Source: an uncultured delta proteobacterium (lineage in GTDB: Bacteria > Desulfobacterota > Binatia > UBA9968). From it: a DNA stretch of 64,000 nucleotides. Shown here piece by piece: positions 11,501 to 21,901 of the stretch. The notes under the pieces were generated by a model. It searched no databases. It was not told the origin of the DNA and saw nothing but the letters and a program-made list of their open reading frames with translations. The stretch's first letter is position 1, and each line of letters begins with the position of its first letter. The DNA is taken from positions 576,001-640,000 of the forward strand of contig CAWFJP010000003.1 of NCBI GenBank assembly GCA_963816145.1, in the 5' to 3' direction. The position numbers and the translations under genes are program-made.

Positions 11501-14500
11501 CGAGTCTGAGGCAAGTTATCTGTAGCGGGGAAGCATTATCGTACGAACTGCAACAGCGCTTCTTTGAGCGCAGCACGGCCAGACTACACAATTTGTACGG
11601 CCCGACCGAAGCCTCGATCGATGTAACCGCTTGGGAATGCAGGAAGGATAGTGACCTTCGGATCGTCCCCATCGGACAGCCGATTGCCAATACGCAGATC
11701 CATATCCTAAACGTTAATCTTCAGCCGGCACCCATCGGTGTGACAGGACAGCTTCATATCGGCGGGGTGGGGTTGGCCCGGGGATATCTGAATCGTCCTG
11801 AGCTGACCGCAGAGAAGTTCATCACCGATCCCTTTAGCCAATTGCCCGGCGCCAGGCTCTACAAGACCGGCGATCTAGCGCGCTACTTACCTGACGGCAA
11901 CATCGAGTTTCTCGGCCGCATCGACGATCAAGTGAAGATCCGCGGCTTTCGCATCGAACTGGGTGAGATCGAATCCGTGCTCGCCCAACATCCCGCCATC
12001 CAACAGGCGGTGGTGCTCGCAACAGAAGACACGCCCGGAGACAAGCGGCTGGTGGCTTATAGCGTTGCTACTGATGGCTCCGCCCCTTCGGCGCACGATC
12101 TGTGCAGCTATCTGCAACAGAAGTTGCCCGAGTATATGGTGCCGTCGGCATTCGTATTCCTCGATTCGCTGCCACTCACACCCAACGGGAAGCTCGACCG
12201 CAAGTCGCTACCCGCACCCGACCCAATCAGACCCGAACTGGAGAAAACCTTCACCGCCCCCCGTACTCCGAAGGAAGAAATGCTGGCCAAGGTCTGGGCG
12301 GAAGTCTTGAAAATCGACAAGGTCGGCGTCAACGACAACTTCTTTGGCCTTGGAGGCCATTCGCTGTTGGCGACCCAACTCATCTCTCGTATTAGAAACG
12401 ACTTCAGAATCGATTTGCCGTTACGAACCCTATTCGAGAGTCCCACAGTGGCTGGTATAGCCGAGCACTTGGAATCGACTTGCAGGCTGCAAACAGTGTC
12501 AAGCACCTTACCCGTTTTGCTAGAAGCGAGAGACGAGGGATATCCGCTTTCGTTCGCTCAGGAGCGCTTTTGGTTTCTCGACCAACTTCAACCCAACAAT
12601 CTGGCCTACAGCATTGGATACGGGTTTAACCTCGACGGACCTTTAAACGTGAATGCCCTAGAGCAAGCGATTTCAGAGATCGTTACAAGGCATGAAGCTT
12701 TGCGCACAACGTTTCACCAACGAAATGGCCGGCTAGTCCAGATGATCTCCGAGCAATGGTCCTTTCGACTATCGAATGTCGATCTGAGCACGAAACGCGT
12801 AACCGAGATGGACGCGGAGGTCCAACGAATTTTTGAGAGCGACCGGAGGCGAGGTTTTGATCTGTCCGCCGACTTGCTGTTGCGGGCCACGTTGTTGCGA
12901 CTGGGCGAGAATAAACATGTTCTCATCCTCACAAGTCATCACATCGCTTGGGATCACTGGTGTATTGAGGTATTTTTCCGCGAACTCTCCGCGCTTTATC
13001 AGGCATTCGCTAACGGAAAACCCACTCCTCTGTCGGCGCCACGGCTTCAGTATAAGCACTATGCGCTTTGGCAGCGAAACGCGTTCCGGGATGAGGAGGC
13101 CGGACGTCATTTAGCATACTGGAAACAGCAGCTTGCCGACGCTCCGCGCGATTTACATCTACCTACTGATTATCCACGCAAGCCATTACAGAACCGACGT
13201 GGAGTCCGTCAAACCCTCATCCTTCCGGAGGAATTAAATAATGCGCTACGCTCCTTGAGCAGAGAAGCTGGGGTCACGCTCTTTATGACGTACCTAGCCG
13301 CTTTCCAAACACTGCTAAATAGAATCACCGGCCAGGATGATATTGTCGTCGGCACTCCGATTGCCGGTAGAAACCTCCTTGAGACAGAAAAACTCATCGG
13401 CTTATTTCTTAACACCCTCGCCTTGCGAACGAACCTTTCAGACGACCCGAGCTTTCTAAAACTATTGACAAGGGTTCGAGATCTAGCGCTCGGAGCTTAC
13501 GATCATCAGGACATCCCTTTTGAAAGACTTGTAGAGGAATTGCAGCCGGAGCGAGTTTTGACTCACACGCCGCTCTTTCAAGTGTTCATTAATATGTACA
13601 ACTTCAAAGAAGCCACGCTCGAGCTCGACCGGCTGTCGGTGAAACGTCTTCCTGTCGGTGAATCAGGAGAGCAGTTTGATTTAACTTTTACAATCCGCGA
13701 AGACGCCGACGGGACGCATTTAACATTCGGGTATGATGCCGAATTGTTCGAGCACTCTACTATTCGGCGCATGCTGGGTCACTTTGAGACGTTGCTGGAA
13801 GGGATTGTGGAGGATCCGGCCCGCTGCATTTCGGATTTACCGCTTTTGTCCGATGCCGAGAAGCAGCAATTGTTGATCGAGTGGAACGACACTCGGAGGG
13901 ACTATCCAAAAGACCAATGCGTTCACGAACTGTTTGAAACTCAGGTCGAGAAAACCCCGGACGCCGTAGCCCTTCGCTTCGAAGACCGGCAGCTCACCTA
14001 TCGAGAACTGAACGGAAGAGCCAATCAGTTAGCACACTATCTCATCAAGCTCGGCGTCTGTCCCGAGATGCTCGTCGGCATCTGCGTGGAACGATCTATT
14101 GAAATGATCGTCGGCTTGCTGGGTATTCTTAAAGCGGGCGGGGCCTATGTCCCCTTGGACCCAAGTTATCCCAAAGATCGTCTAAAACTTATAATGAATG
14201 ACTCCCAGATATCGGTATTGTTGGTGAACAGCGGCTTAGGCGAAAAGAGTGGATCAAGCAAAGATGACAGCGATTTTCCATCTGTCGTTTTCGATACTCG
14301 CATCAAACGGGTATGCCTCGACCGAGACCGACCGGTCATCGAGCAGGAAAGCCGGGAAAATCTCACTGCGCCTGTCCAGCCCGGTGATCTTGCCTACGTC
14401 ATCTACACTTCGGGCTCGACCGGAACCCCCAAGGGAGTCGCGATTGAACACCGCCAAACGGGGGCTTTCTTATCTTGGGCAAAATCCGTTTTTAATCAGG

Positions 14501-15789
14501 ACGAGCTTTGTGGGGTTTTGGCCTCCACCTCGATTTGCTTTGATCTTTCGGTCTTCGAGATCTTTGCCCCATTGAGCAGCGGCGGAACCGTTATTGTGGC
14601 ACAGAACGCCCTTGCCCTCACCCGCTTACCGAAGCCATCGACGGTCAGTCTGGTAAATACCGTGCCTTCGGCCATGAATGAATTACTGAATCTAGCCGCA
14701 ATTCCAGAGTCCGTACTTGTGATCAATCTTGCCGGGGAGCCGTTGCGAACCGACTTGGTGCGGCGCATCTACGAGTCCTCATCGGTACGTAAAGTTTATG
14801 ACCTTTACGGACCGAGCGAATGCACGACCTATTCAACGTGGACCTGTAGGACGCCGGACGGTCCGCAAACGATCGGCCGTCCCATCACGAATACCCAGGT
14901 TTACCTACTCGATAGCGGTCTCAATCCTGTGCCCATTGGCACTGTTGGCGAGATCTACATTGGCGGGAATGGAGTGGCCCGGGGCTATCTCAACCGTCCC
15001 GAGCTGACGGCGGAAAAGTTTATCGCCGATCCGTTTAGCGACCAACCCGGTGCAAGATTATACAAAACCGGTGATCTGGCCCGTCACCTGCCCGATGGCA
15101 ACATCGTATTTCTCGGTCGCAGCGATCATCAGGTCAAGATTCGCGGCTACCGCATCGAGTTGGGGGAAATCGAAAGCGTGCTTGCTCAGCATCCCGCCAT
15201 CCAACAGGCGGTGGTGCTCGCGAGAGAAGACACTTCGGGGGACTGTCGGCTGATGGCCTATGCCGTTAATCCGGCGGGCTTGAACCCATCGGCTCAGGAT
15301 CTGCGTAGATTCCTGCAACAGAAGCTCCCCGAATATATGGTGCCCTCGACCTTCGTTTTTCTCGACTCGCTGCCCCTCACGGCCAATGGCAAACTCGACC
15401 GCAGGGCGCTGCCGGCTCCCGATCAGTCCAGACCCGAACTCGATGAAACCTTTATCGCCCCAACAACCCCGGTCGAAGGGATCCTCGCCAATATCTGGGC
15501 CGAGGTTCTCAGGCTCGACAAGGTCGGCGTCCACGACAACTTTTTTGAACTGGGGGGCCATTCGCTACTGGCTACTCAGATTGTATCTCGAATACGTAGT
15601 ACGTTTTCTATCGACCTGGCGTTACGCAGCCTGTTTGAGTCGCCAACCGTGGCTGAGATGGCAGTCATTATCATAGAAAACCAGGCAAAGCGGGCAACTG
15701 AGGCAGGGCTAACGGATATTCTGGGTGAGGTGGAGGCAACGACGGAGGAAGAAGTGCAGAAAACACTAGCAACATATTGGCCTCGATGA
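5560..15789 (+). CDS. NRPS A: A*-T-A*-T-C-A(Ser)-T-C-A(Ala)-T + acidic tail
   Basis: Four YTSGSTG P-loops. T motifs GGHSL, GGDSL, GGHSL, GGHSL. C motifs HHIVCDG and HHIAWDH. Codes read by eye are DVWHISLIDK (Ser) and DLFNNALTYK (Ala). The first two A domains lack the FD Asp. Confidence 0.93.
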   Translation: MIHILKNGLDPVPEQQAIRDKCFHPSGAFVEFPIEDVEASIPARFEKIFRQHPDRIAVKTETGVVTYGELNAMANRFAKSLLQCTGPRAGLVALLLEKDVAQVAAMLGVLKAGKFFLILDPTFPKARLIAMLKGSWAKLVVTNQRNASLANEIATPDCELIQWETINESIPGDNPELPIAPKALAFINYTSGSTGEPKGLLRTHRMILHNIMLRTNLIHVCEQDRISLLSSGTSNAITNSFLALLTGAGLYSLEVKKEGAVRLAHWLAEENITIAPMSSPLFRGLCETLNGIRNFPNLRVIRLRSESVYGSDVGLYKQYFSPNCNFVTGLSSNETGPLADYLIDHDTVVTDSAVPVGYAAPGKEVVLLNQDGERIGFDEVGEIAVRSRYLSPGYLRNPRLTKAKFRRDPTATGSRIYLTGDLGLMLPNGCLIHKGRKDFRVKVRGYPVDIKEVEIALRAHPSMHDAVITARQNQLGETTLVAYFVTASEQVPTVSELARFLGQTLPDYMIPATFVRLNSMPLNPQNKVDRAALPPPAETRPNLDTPFMAPRSDEERAVAEIWAEVLGIDRVGIHDDFFDLGGHSLAATRIVTRVIEKFHAELALQVLFDSPTAGKMAAAVRERQSLDHQLSSQPSSDSVQARPGELSIDFTPFPKEDVERSIPERFEKIVRMYPDKIAVKSGNEVVTYAQLNAMANRVARRIVSENGAEPEPVGLLIDKGVEQTAAMLGVLKAGKFFVLFDPSFPLERNSAIFEDTSPRLILVDAKNTPYGCKLTDTTSSLITFESIDPNSVSDDLTVKIAPDSLAYVVYTSGSTGQPKGVLQTHRSRLHFVMVYSKMLSLSPNDRCILLTSGTANTVANSLFALLNGAALHPINVNELGLSRLAGWIIDEKISICAISAPLFRNLCESLTGNEKFADLRVLRLTSEASYKSDFELYKRFFPRTCCLANMLAPTEAGILRQFLMDHETQISGDEIPLGYPVDDTEIFLLDSKGREVGCNEVGEIVVRSRYLSSGYWLRPELNKAKFKADPHEAGQRFYYTGDLGLMLPDGCLIHKGRKDFRVKIRGYGVEIGEVETVLRSHAAVKDCVVVDRKGDSGETKLIAYYTSSATFIPNTSELRKFLSRSLPDYMVPSMFVGLETIPLTPNGKLDRHALPEPGGRRPDLDIPFQPPRTDVETRVAQIFTECTGIERVGIDDNFFELGGDSLLFTRLLSRVSVMFQREFSIQELFEAPSVAGIARLLESPTQPAVVKAEPTLSLISKDTPVPLSYSQQRLWFLDQFDPRSFAYNLFAAFRLKGDLNVAALEQSFNAIIRRHEILRTVFQSENGNPIQVILPNLAIKMPLVDLRAIASEAARWTEARRMFTEEAQRPFDLATGPLVRITLLQLADDEYILLRAIHHIVCDGWSVGVLFHELSEIYEALSTGQPSPLADLPTQYGDYAKWQRQWFQDERLESQLSYWKEQLDNIATLQLPTDRPRRTAQAIRGARRYFAFSDALSTELKKLSHEHGATPFMTLLAAFQTLLHRYSNQTDVVIGSPVAGRTRKEFDELIGFFLNMLVLRLDLSADPTFAETIARARKVCLGALSHQELPFEKLVEELHPDRNLSHNPLFQVSFAFQNTPRFPPRLSGVEVEELEVDTGIARFDLHLFMEEMDGHLQGYCDYDSNLFNADTIERMLGHFQTLLQGIVADPNQRISDLPLLTEREKHQLLVEWNDTQTDFPKDKCIHQLFEEQVEKSPDAIALVFEDQQLSYRELNSRANQLAHYLRKRDVEPDSIVALCMNRSLELVIAILGVLKAGGAYMPIDPELPAQRLQFLLEDAQVRLLLTQDKLRSALADFAGHIVCLDSDWHKLADQSHEDPQHHVRGHHAAYVIYTSGSTGTPKGVVNVHDGLRSRIQWMQESYQLTSADRVLQKTPFTFDVSVWEFLWPLISGACLVVARPGGHRDSSYLVQLIQSQQITTLHFVPSMLEVFLQEPGAERCTSLRQVICSGEALSYELQQRFFERSTARLHNLYGPTEASIDVTAWECRKDSDLRIVPIGQPIANTQIHILNVNLQPAPIGVTGQLHIGGVGLARGYLNRPELTAEKFITDPFSQLPGARLYKTGDLARYLPDGNIEFLGRIDDQVKIRGFRIELGEIESVLAQHPAIQQAVVLATEDTPGDKRLVAYSVATDGSAPSAHDLCSYLQQKLPEYMVPSAFVFLDSLPLTPNGKLDRKSLPAPDPIRPELEKTFTAPRTPKEEMLAKVWAEVLKIDKVGVNDNFFGLGGHSLLATQLISRIRNDFRIDLPLRTLFESPTVAGIAEHLESTCRLQTVSSTLPVLLEARDEGYPLSFAQERFWFLDQLQPNNLAYSIGYGFNLDGPLNVNALEQAISEIVTRHEALRTTFHQRNGRLVQMISEQWSFRLSNVDLSTKRVTEMDAEVQRIFESDRRRGFDLSADLLLRATLLRLGENKHVLILTSHHIAWDHWCIEVFFRELSALYQAFANGKPTPLSAPRLQYKHYALWQRNAFRDEEAGRHLAYWKQQLADAPRDLHLPTDYPRKPLQNRRGVRQTLILPEELNNALRSLSREAGVTLFMTYLAAFQTLLNRITGQDDIVVGTPIAGRNLLETEKLIGLFLNTLALRTNLSDDPSFLKLLTRVRDLALGAYDHQDIPFERLVEELQPERVLTHTPLFQVFINMYNFKEATLELDRLSVKRLPVGESGEQFDLTFTIREDADGTHLTFGYDAELFEHSTIRRMLGHFETLLEGIVEDPARCISDLPLLSDAEKQQLLIEWNDTRRDYPKDQCVHELFETQVEKTPDAVALRFEDRQLTYRELNGRANQLAHYLIKLGVCPEMLVGICVERSIEMIVGLLGILKAGGAYVPLDPSYPKDRLKLIMNDSQISVLLVNSGLGEKSGSSKDDSDFPSVVFDTRIKRVCLDRDRPVIEQESRENLTAPVQPGDLAYVIYTSGSTGTPKGVAIEHRQTGAFLSWAKSVFNQDELCGVLASTSICFDLSVFEIFAPLSSGGTVIVAQNALALTRLPKPSTVSLVNTVPSAMNELLNLAAIPESVLVINLAGEPLRTDLVRRIYESSSVRKVYDLYGPSECTTYSTWTCRTPDGPQTIGRPITNTQVYLLDSGLNPVPIGTVGEIYIGGNGVARGYLNRPELTAEKFIADPFSDQPGARLYKTGDLARHLPDGNIVFLGRSDHQVKIRGYRIELGEIESVLAQHPAIQQAVVLAREDTSGDCRLMAYAVNPAGLNPSAQDLRRFLQQKLPEYMVPSTFVFLDSLPLTANGKLDRRALPAPDQSRPELDETFIAPTTPVEGILANIWAEVLRLDKVGVHDNFFELGGHSLLATQIVSRIRSTFSIDLALRSLFESPTVAEMAVIIIENQAKRATEAGLTDILGEVEATTEEEVQKTLATYWPR

Positions 15790-15805
15790 AGAAATAGTGA
15801 CGGAT

Positions 15806-16624
15806 ATGAATGATTCGGCAAACCAGGAATTCAAGCTTCCGCCAGAACAGCAGGCGATCCGTGACAAGTGTTTCCATCCGTCGGGAAAGTTTATTGAATT
15901 TCCAAAAGAGGACGTCGAGTCATCGGTCCCGGAGCGGTTCGAAAAGGTCGTCGCACAGTTTCCCGAGCAGCTCGCGGTCAAAATGGGAGATCGAACGCTG
16001 ACGTATCAGGAATTAAACCACGCCGCGAATCGCCGGGCACACGCCATCCTGACACAACGGGGAGAAACGCAAGAACCCATTGCGCTGCTGATGGAACATG
16101 ACTCTCCATTGTTAGTCGCAATCGTCGGAGTATTGAAAGCCGGCAAGATTTGCGTGCTTCCGGACCCACCGTTTCCCAAAGCCAGAAACGCCTTCCTGTT
16201 AGAAGACTCGCAAGCAGGTCTCCGCATCACCGACAGCACAAAGCTTTCCTTAGCCGTAGAATATGCCCATGACAGGTGTCCATTTATAAATGTTGGCGAG
16301 TTGAACTCCGGGCATTCAATTGACAACCCGGGATTGTCAATCGCGCCCGATCAATTTGCTTTTCTCGTCTACACATCGGGCTCGACCGGACTACCTAAAG
16401 GTGTCATTCAGATTCACCGAAATCTGCTGCCCGATAGCCTGTTCGATTGCAATGGCCTTCATATTCGTACTGACGACCGGGTAGCGCTTCGCCACTCCTG
16501 AGGGTCAAGGGGACTGGGCAAATAGGAGATGGAAGGGAGCTTGTCTAAACTAAAGTCGCTTACCGATGAGGAAGCAATGCAAATCCCAGCGGAAGAACGC
16601 AAAACAGAGCACAAGCGAGACTGA
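15806..16624 (+). pseudogene. NRPS B remnant: N-terminal part of an A* domain joined to an orphan C-terminal tail
   Basis: Close paralog of the 33315 A* domain up to RVAL, with a stop at 16501. The next ~120 bp encode GLGK*EMEGSLSKLKSLTDEEAMQIPAEERKTEHKRD*. Confidence 0.8.
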
Positions 16625-16625
16625 G

Positions 16626-19600
16626 ATGAAGTCACTGGCAATTAGCCATGGCCCATCACTGGTGCATAGTCCCGATGCGCCGAAAACACTGCCGGATTGT
16701 CTTTATGGAGCAGCACGACAATCCCCGGACCGGGGGATTGTTTATCTCCACGAGGACGGTTCAGCAGAATTTCAATCCTACCCAGCGTTGCTCAAGGAAG
16801 CGAGACAACTTCTTGGCGGTCTTAAAGATGCGGGGCTCGAGACCGGAAATCGAGTTATTTTCCAGCTCGATCGAAATGAAGATTTCATCCGCGCATTCTG
16901 GGCCTGTACAATAGGCGGATTTGTCCCGGTGCCAATAGGGGCAGGTCTGAAACCCAGTGGCGGCGCGGTCGGCAGGCTCCTCAATGCCTGGGAAAACCTT
17001 GGGTATCCGATCATTTTAACTACGAACAGAATGATCGACTCGGTGCGGGATTGTTTCAATTTTCACGAATTGACGAATCTGCGAATTGAGGCCATCGACG
17101 GTCTATCGAAAACGGAATGTGACCCCGACGCCCACTACAGCGAGTCCGATCATTTAGCCGTGTTGATGTTAACTTCCGGCAGTACCGGCACAGCCAAAGC
17201 CGTAAGGCTGTCTCATGCAAATCTCTTGAGCCGGTCGTGCGCCTCGATTCAAATGAACGGCTTTTCGCCACGAGACGTCTCTTTGAACTGGATGCCTTTG
17301 GATCACGTTGCCGGATTGATCTACTTTCATCTTCGGGACGTTTGTCTTGGCTGCCAACAGGTTGACGTGCCGACGGACCTTATATTAACAAACCCGCTCA
17401 AATGGTTGGACCTCATTGAGAAATACAGAGCGACCATCTCCTTCGCGCCGAATTTCGCCTACGGTTTCATCAACGACCGCGCTCAGGAATTATCTCGGCG
17501 TCATCGGGATCTGTCCTCGATGCGGGTCATCTTGAATGGCGGTGAAGCTATCGTCGCTAAAACCGCAAGGCAATTCCTCAAGCTTCTTAGTTCTCATGGA
17601 TTATCGCCCAGTGCAATGCGCCCGGCGTGGGGAATGTCCGAGACATCATCGGGGATTACTTATGCGGATACTTTTAGTTTAGACAACACAACAGATGAGG
17701 ATTCATTTGTCGAGGTAGGAAGGCCTATTGCCGGCGTATCGTTGCGCATTGTCGATGAGCAAAATAATCTGATGGAAGAAACGACAATCGGATCGTTACA
17801 GGTTAAAGGATTGCCGGTGACCACCGGCTACTACGGTCGACCGGAGGCTGACCGAGAAATATTTACGGACGATGGTTGGTTGAAAACAGGGGATTTAGGA
17901 TTTCTCCGCCACGGACGTTTGACCGTTACCGGACGAGAGAAGGATGTCATCATCATCAATAGTCTAAACTATCCGAGTCGCGATATCGAATCAGTGGTCG
18001 AGGAAATCGCCGGAGTGGAGAGCTCTTATACGGCGGCGTGTGCGGTTCGGAACCAAGATGCACAGACTGATAAACTAGTGGTGTTTTTTCATCCGTCGTC
18101 TGAGAAGCGTTGGCCACTGTCGCAGCTTCTGAAGGACGTCCGCCGCTGTATTGTGCGCAAGCTTGGTATTGGGCCGGATTATTTACTGCCGATCGAAAAG
18201 CAGGATATTCCTAAGACCTCAATCGGCAAAATTCAGAGATCGCAACTTGCCGAGCGCTTCCAGGCCGGTGATTTTGATCACATTGTCAAACGAGTCGCAG
18301 GCTCGGAGGTTTTCCTCGACTCAAGGTACGTGGCTCCTCGAACTGCAGTGGAGGAGATTTTAGCAGAGATCTGGGCTGAAGTTCTCAAGCTCGACAAGGT
18401 CGGCATCGACGACAACTTCTTTGAGTTGGGGGGCCATTCCGTATTGGCCACTCAGGTGCATTCCAGGATTCGTTTGGCGTTCGAGCTTGACATCCCACTG
18501 CGAAGTTTGTTTGAGAATCCCACGGTTGCCAGTTTGGCAGCGCACTTCGAGGGAGTGCAAAACGAAGCCCCGCGGTTACAAACCCTACTCACCTCCTCTA
18601 TCTCGAGTCAGAAGAGTCTCCCGCTTTCCTTTGCCCAGCAGCGGTTGTGGTTTTTAAACCAACTGGAGCCGGATAGCCAAGTTTATAACGAACGCAAGAC
18701 CTTGAGACTGCGAGGCAGACTGAACCGTAAAGCCCTGCAAAAAGCTCTCGACACTATCGTAAAGCGTCACGAAGTTCTGCGTACTACGTTTTCCTCGGTC
18801 GATGGCAAGCCGATCCAGATTATCCACGAGGGCGCCAACGTCCAACCAGAAATGACCGCGATCGACCTGATGGGTTTATCTGACGAGCAGAGGGGCGACG
18901 AGTTAGACCGGCTTTTGAGTGAACTTACCCACCGCCCATTTGACTTACGAAAGGATTGGCCGCTGCGCGGAACGCTGATCCGATTGGGTGATGAGGAACA
19001 TGTCCTCCTTTTTATCATACATCATATTGTGTTCGACGGCTGCTCCAGTGACATACTGTTTAGGGAATTATCGGCACTGTATAAAGCCTTTTGCCAAGGA
19101 AAGGGTTCAACGCTCAAGGACTTGCCGATCCAATATGCGGATTATGCGGTATGGCAGAAAGAATGGCTGCAGGGGGAAGTCCTGCAGCAACAACTCTCGT
19201 ATTGGAAAAGGCAGCTCAAAGGTGTTTCCCCACTCGAGTTGCCGACAGACCATCCGCGGCCAGCCGTGGTGGGACATCTTGGCCAGACCAAGACGTTAAA
19301 ATTCCAACCAGCGTTGGCCCGGGATTTGAAAAACCTCAGCCGCCAAGAAGGCGTTACTTTGTTCATCACCTTGCTGGCGGCGTTTCAGACCCTTTTGCAT
19401 CGTTATTCAGGCCAGGACGACATAGTGGTGGGCAGTCCCGTAGCCGGTCGTACGCGGGAAGAGGTTGAAGGACTCATTGGATTTTTTGTCAACACACTGG
19501 TGTTACGCAATGATTTTTCGGGCAGCCCGACATTTCGAGAGTTATTGGCACGGGTCAGGAAGAATGCTTTAGACGCCTATAGTCACCAAGACGTGCCGTT

Positions 19601-21846
19601 TGAGAAGCTGGTGGAGGAACTCCAGCCAGAGAGAGACTTGAGTTACAACCCGTTTTTTCAGGTGATGTTCCAACTTGGACACTATCCGACACAGTCTGTT
19701 TCACCGGGGGATATGAACATTGAGGAATATGAGTTTGGCAATGACATCGCAAAGTTTGATCTATCCGTGGGGTTACGGGACGATGAAAGGGGGCTGACGG
19801 GATCGGTCGAATACCGGATTGACCTATTCGATCAAACGACCATCGAGCGCATGCTGGGTCATTTTCAGACCCTGCTCGAGGGCATCGTAGACGATCCGCA
19901 TCAGCCGATCGGCGAACTGCCACTGCTCACCGAACCTGAAAAGCACCAATTGCTGGTTGAGTGGAACGACACCAAGACTGAATATCCCAAAGACAAATGC
20001 ATCCATAATCTGTTTGAGGCTCAGGTGGAGAGAACACCAGATGCCGTAGCGGTTGTCTTCGAAGACCAACAGTTGAACTATCGCGAGTTCAATAACCGAG
20101 CCAATCAGTTAGCGCACTATCTCATCAAGCTCGGTGTCGGCCCCGAAGTGCTGGTCGGCATCTGCGTGGAACGCTCCATAGAAATGATTGTTGGGTTGCT
20201 GGGCATCCTCAAAGCCGGCGGCGCCTACGTGCCACTGGATTCTTCGAATCCCACAGACCGCTTGGGTTTCGTGCTAGAGGACACCCAGGTCGCCATAGTG
20301 ATAACCGAAGTAGTTTCGCTAACGAACCTACCGCCAACAAGCGCCCGTGTGATTTGTCTTGATCGAGACTGGGAACAAATATCCAAACAGCCGCAAGATA
20401 ATCCAGACAACGAAGCCACAGCCGACAATCTGGCCTATGTCATTTACACTTCAGGAACTGCAGGTACTCCAAAGGGAGTCATGATCAATCATCGGAGTCT
20501 TGGTAAATTACCTTTGCTGGTTCAACGAAAGTCCACTGGCCCAAACTGTGCAAAGTTTGCCCGTGCTCACCAGAACAACCTTCGACGCAAGTTTGAAGCA
20601 GCTATTCGCATCGCTTCTGCGAGGCGGTCAAGTGTGGATTCTGTCGGATGAGCTCGTGAACCAACCGACTGCGTTACTAGAGGCGTTGACCACGCGTAAC
20701 AGGGTTGGGCTTAATTGCGTTCCCACCTTGTGGAGGGCTGTACTTGACGAGCTAAATCCGGATCGTGCGACTGCAGTGAGGAACTCCCTGTCGGCTGTAT
20801 TACTAGGAGGTGAACAATTAGATCAGCATTTGGTGGATCGAACGTTCGCCGCCATGCCCGAAATTGAGATTTGGAATCTCTACGGTCCAACTGAGGCCAC
20901 AGCTAACGCGTGCACAGGAATGGTCACGCCGCATTGCTCTCCAACCATCGGACGGCCGATTGCCAACACGCAAATCTATATTCTCGATCGGCAATTGCAG
21001 CCGGTTCCCATCGGGGTAGCGGGAGAACTGCATATAGCCGGCGATGGCTTAGCCCGGGGTTATCTGAACCGTCCGGAACTAACAGCGGAGAAGTTCATCG
21101 CCAATCCATTCAGCAAGGTTCCGGGCAGCCGACTTTATAAGACCGGCGATCTAGCCCGCTACTTACCCAACGGCAACATCGAGTTGCTCGGCCGCATCGA
21201 CAATCAAGTCAAGATCCGCGGCTTCCGCATCGAGTTGGGTGAGATCGAGGCCGTGCTTTCCAAACACCCCGCAGTAGGAGAAACGGTTGTGCTCGCACGA
21301 GAAGACACACCGGGAGACCGCCGCCTCGTGGCCCATACCGTCGCCACTGTGGGCGCCAACCCTTCGGCCGACGACCTGCGCAAATTTCTCCAACAAAAGC
21401 TCCCCAACTACATGGTGCCCTCGGCCTTTATGTTCCTTGATTCTCTGCCGCGCACCACCAACGGCAAGCTCGACCGCAAAGCGCTGCCAGCTCTCGATCA
21501 CAGCAGACCCGAGTTGGACGATGCCTACACCGCCCCGAGAACTCCTGTAGAGGAGATCCTCGCTAACATTTGGACCGACATCCTCAAACTCAACAAGGTC
21601 GGCATCCATGACAATTTTTTCCACTTGGGGGGGCACTCCCTGCTGGCCACGCAGGTCGTCTCGCGCATCCGCGACTCTTTCAAACTCGATTTGCCCTTAA
21701 GGACTCTGTTCGAAGCGCCGACGGTTCAAGGGCTCGCACAGAGGTTACAAGAACTGGGACACACACACGATGTCCCTCAAACGGCGGGGATTGCCCCCGT
21801 TGCGCGCGAGCAATATCGAGTTCGAACATCGAATTCTCAGCAATGA
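16626..21846 (+). CDS. NRPS C (one +1 frameshift at ~20501): A(alpha-keto-acid type)-T-C-A(Glu-like/unknown)-T + IAPVAREQYR tail
   Basis: WMPLDHVAG and PAWGMSETSSG in the first A domain, T motif GGHSV, C motif HHIVFDG. ORFs 16566..20651 and 20500..21846 join as HRSL/VNYL. Second A code is about DAKNLGLANK. Could be a pseudogene or a sequencing error. Confidence 0.82.
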
Positions 21847-21901
21847 GTAACCATGAGCCGTATTACTAAGAAAGGCGGACCGTTCTCGATCGGAGGTCAC
21901 T

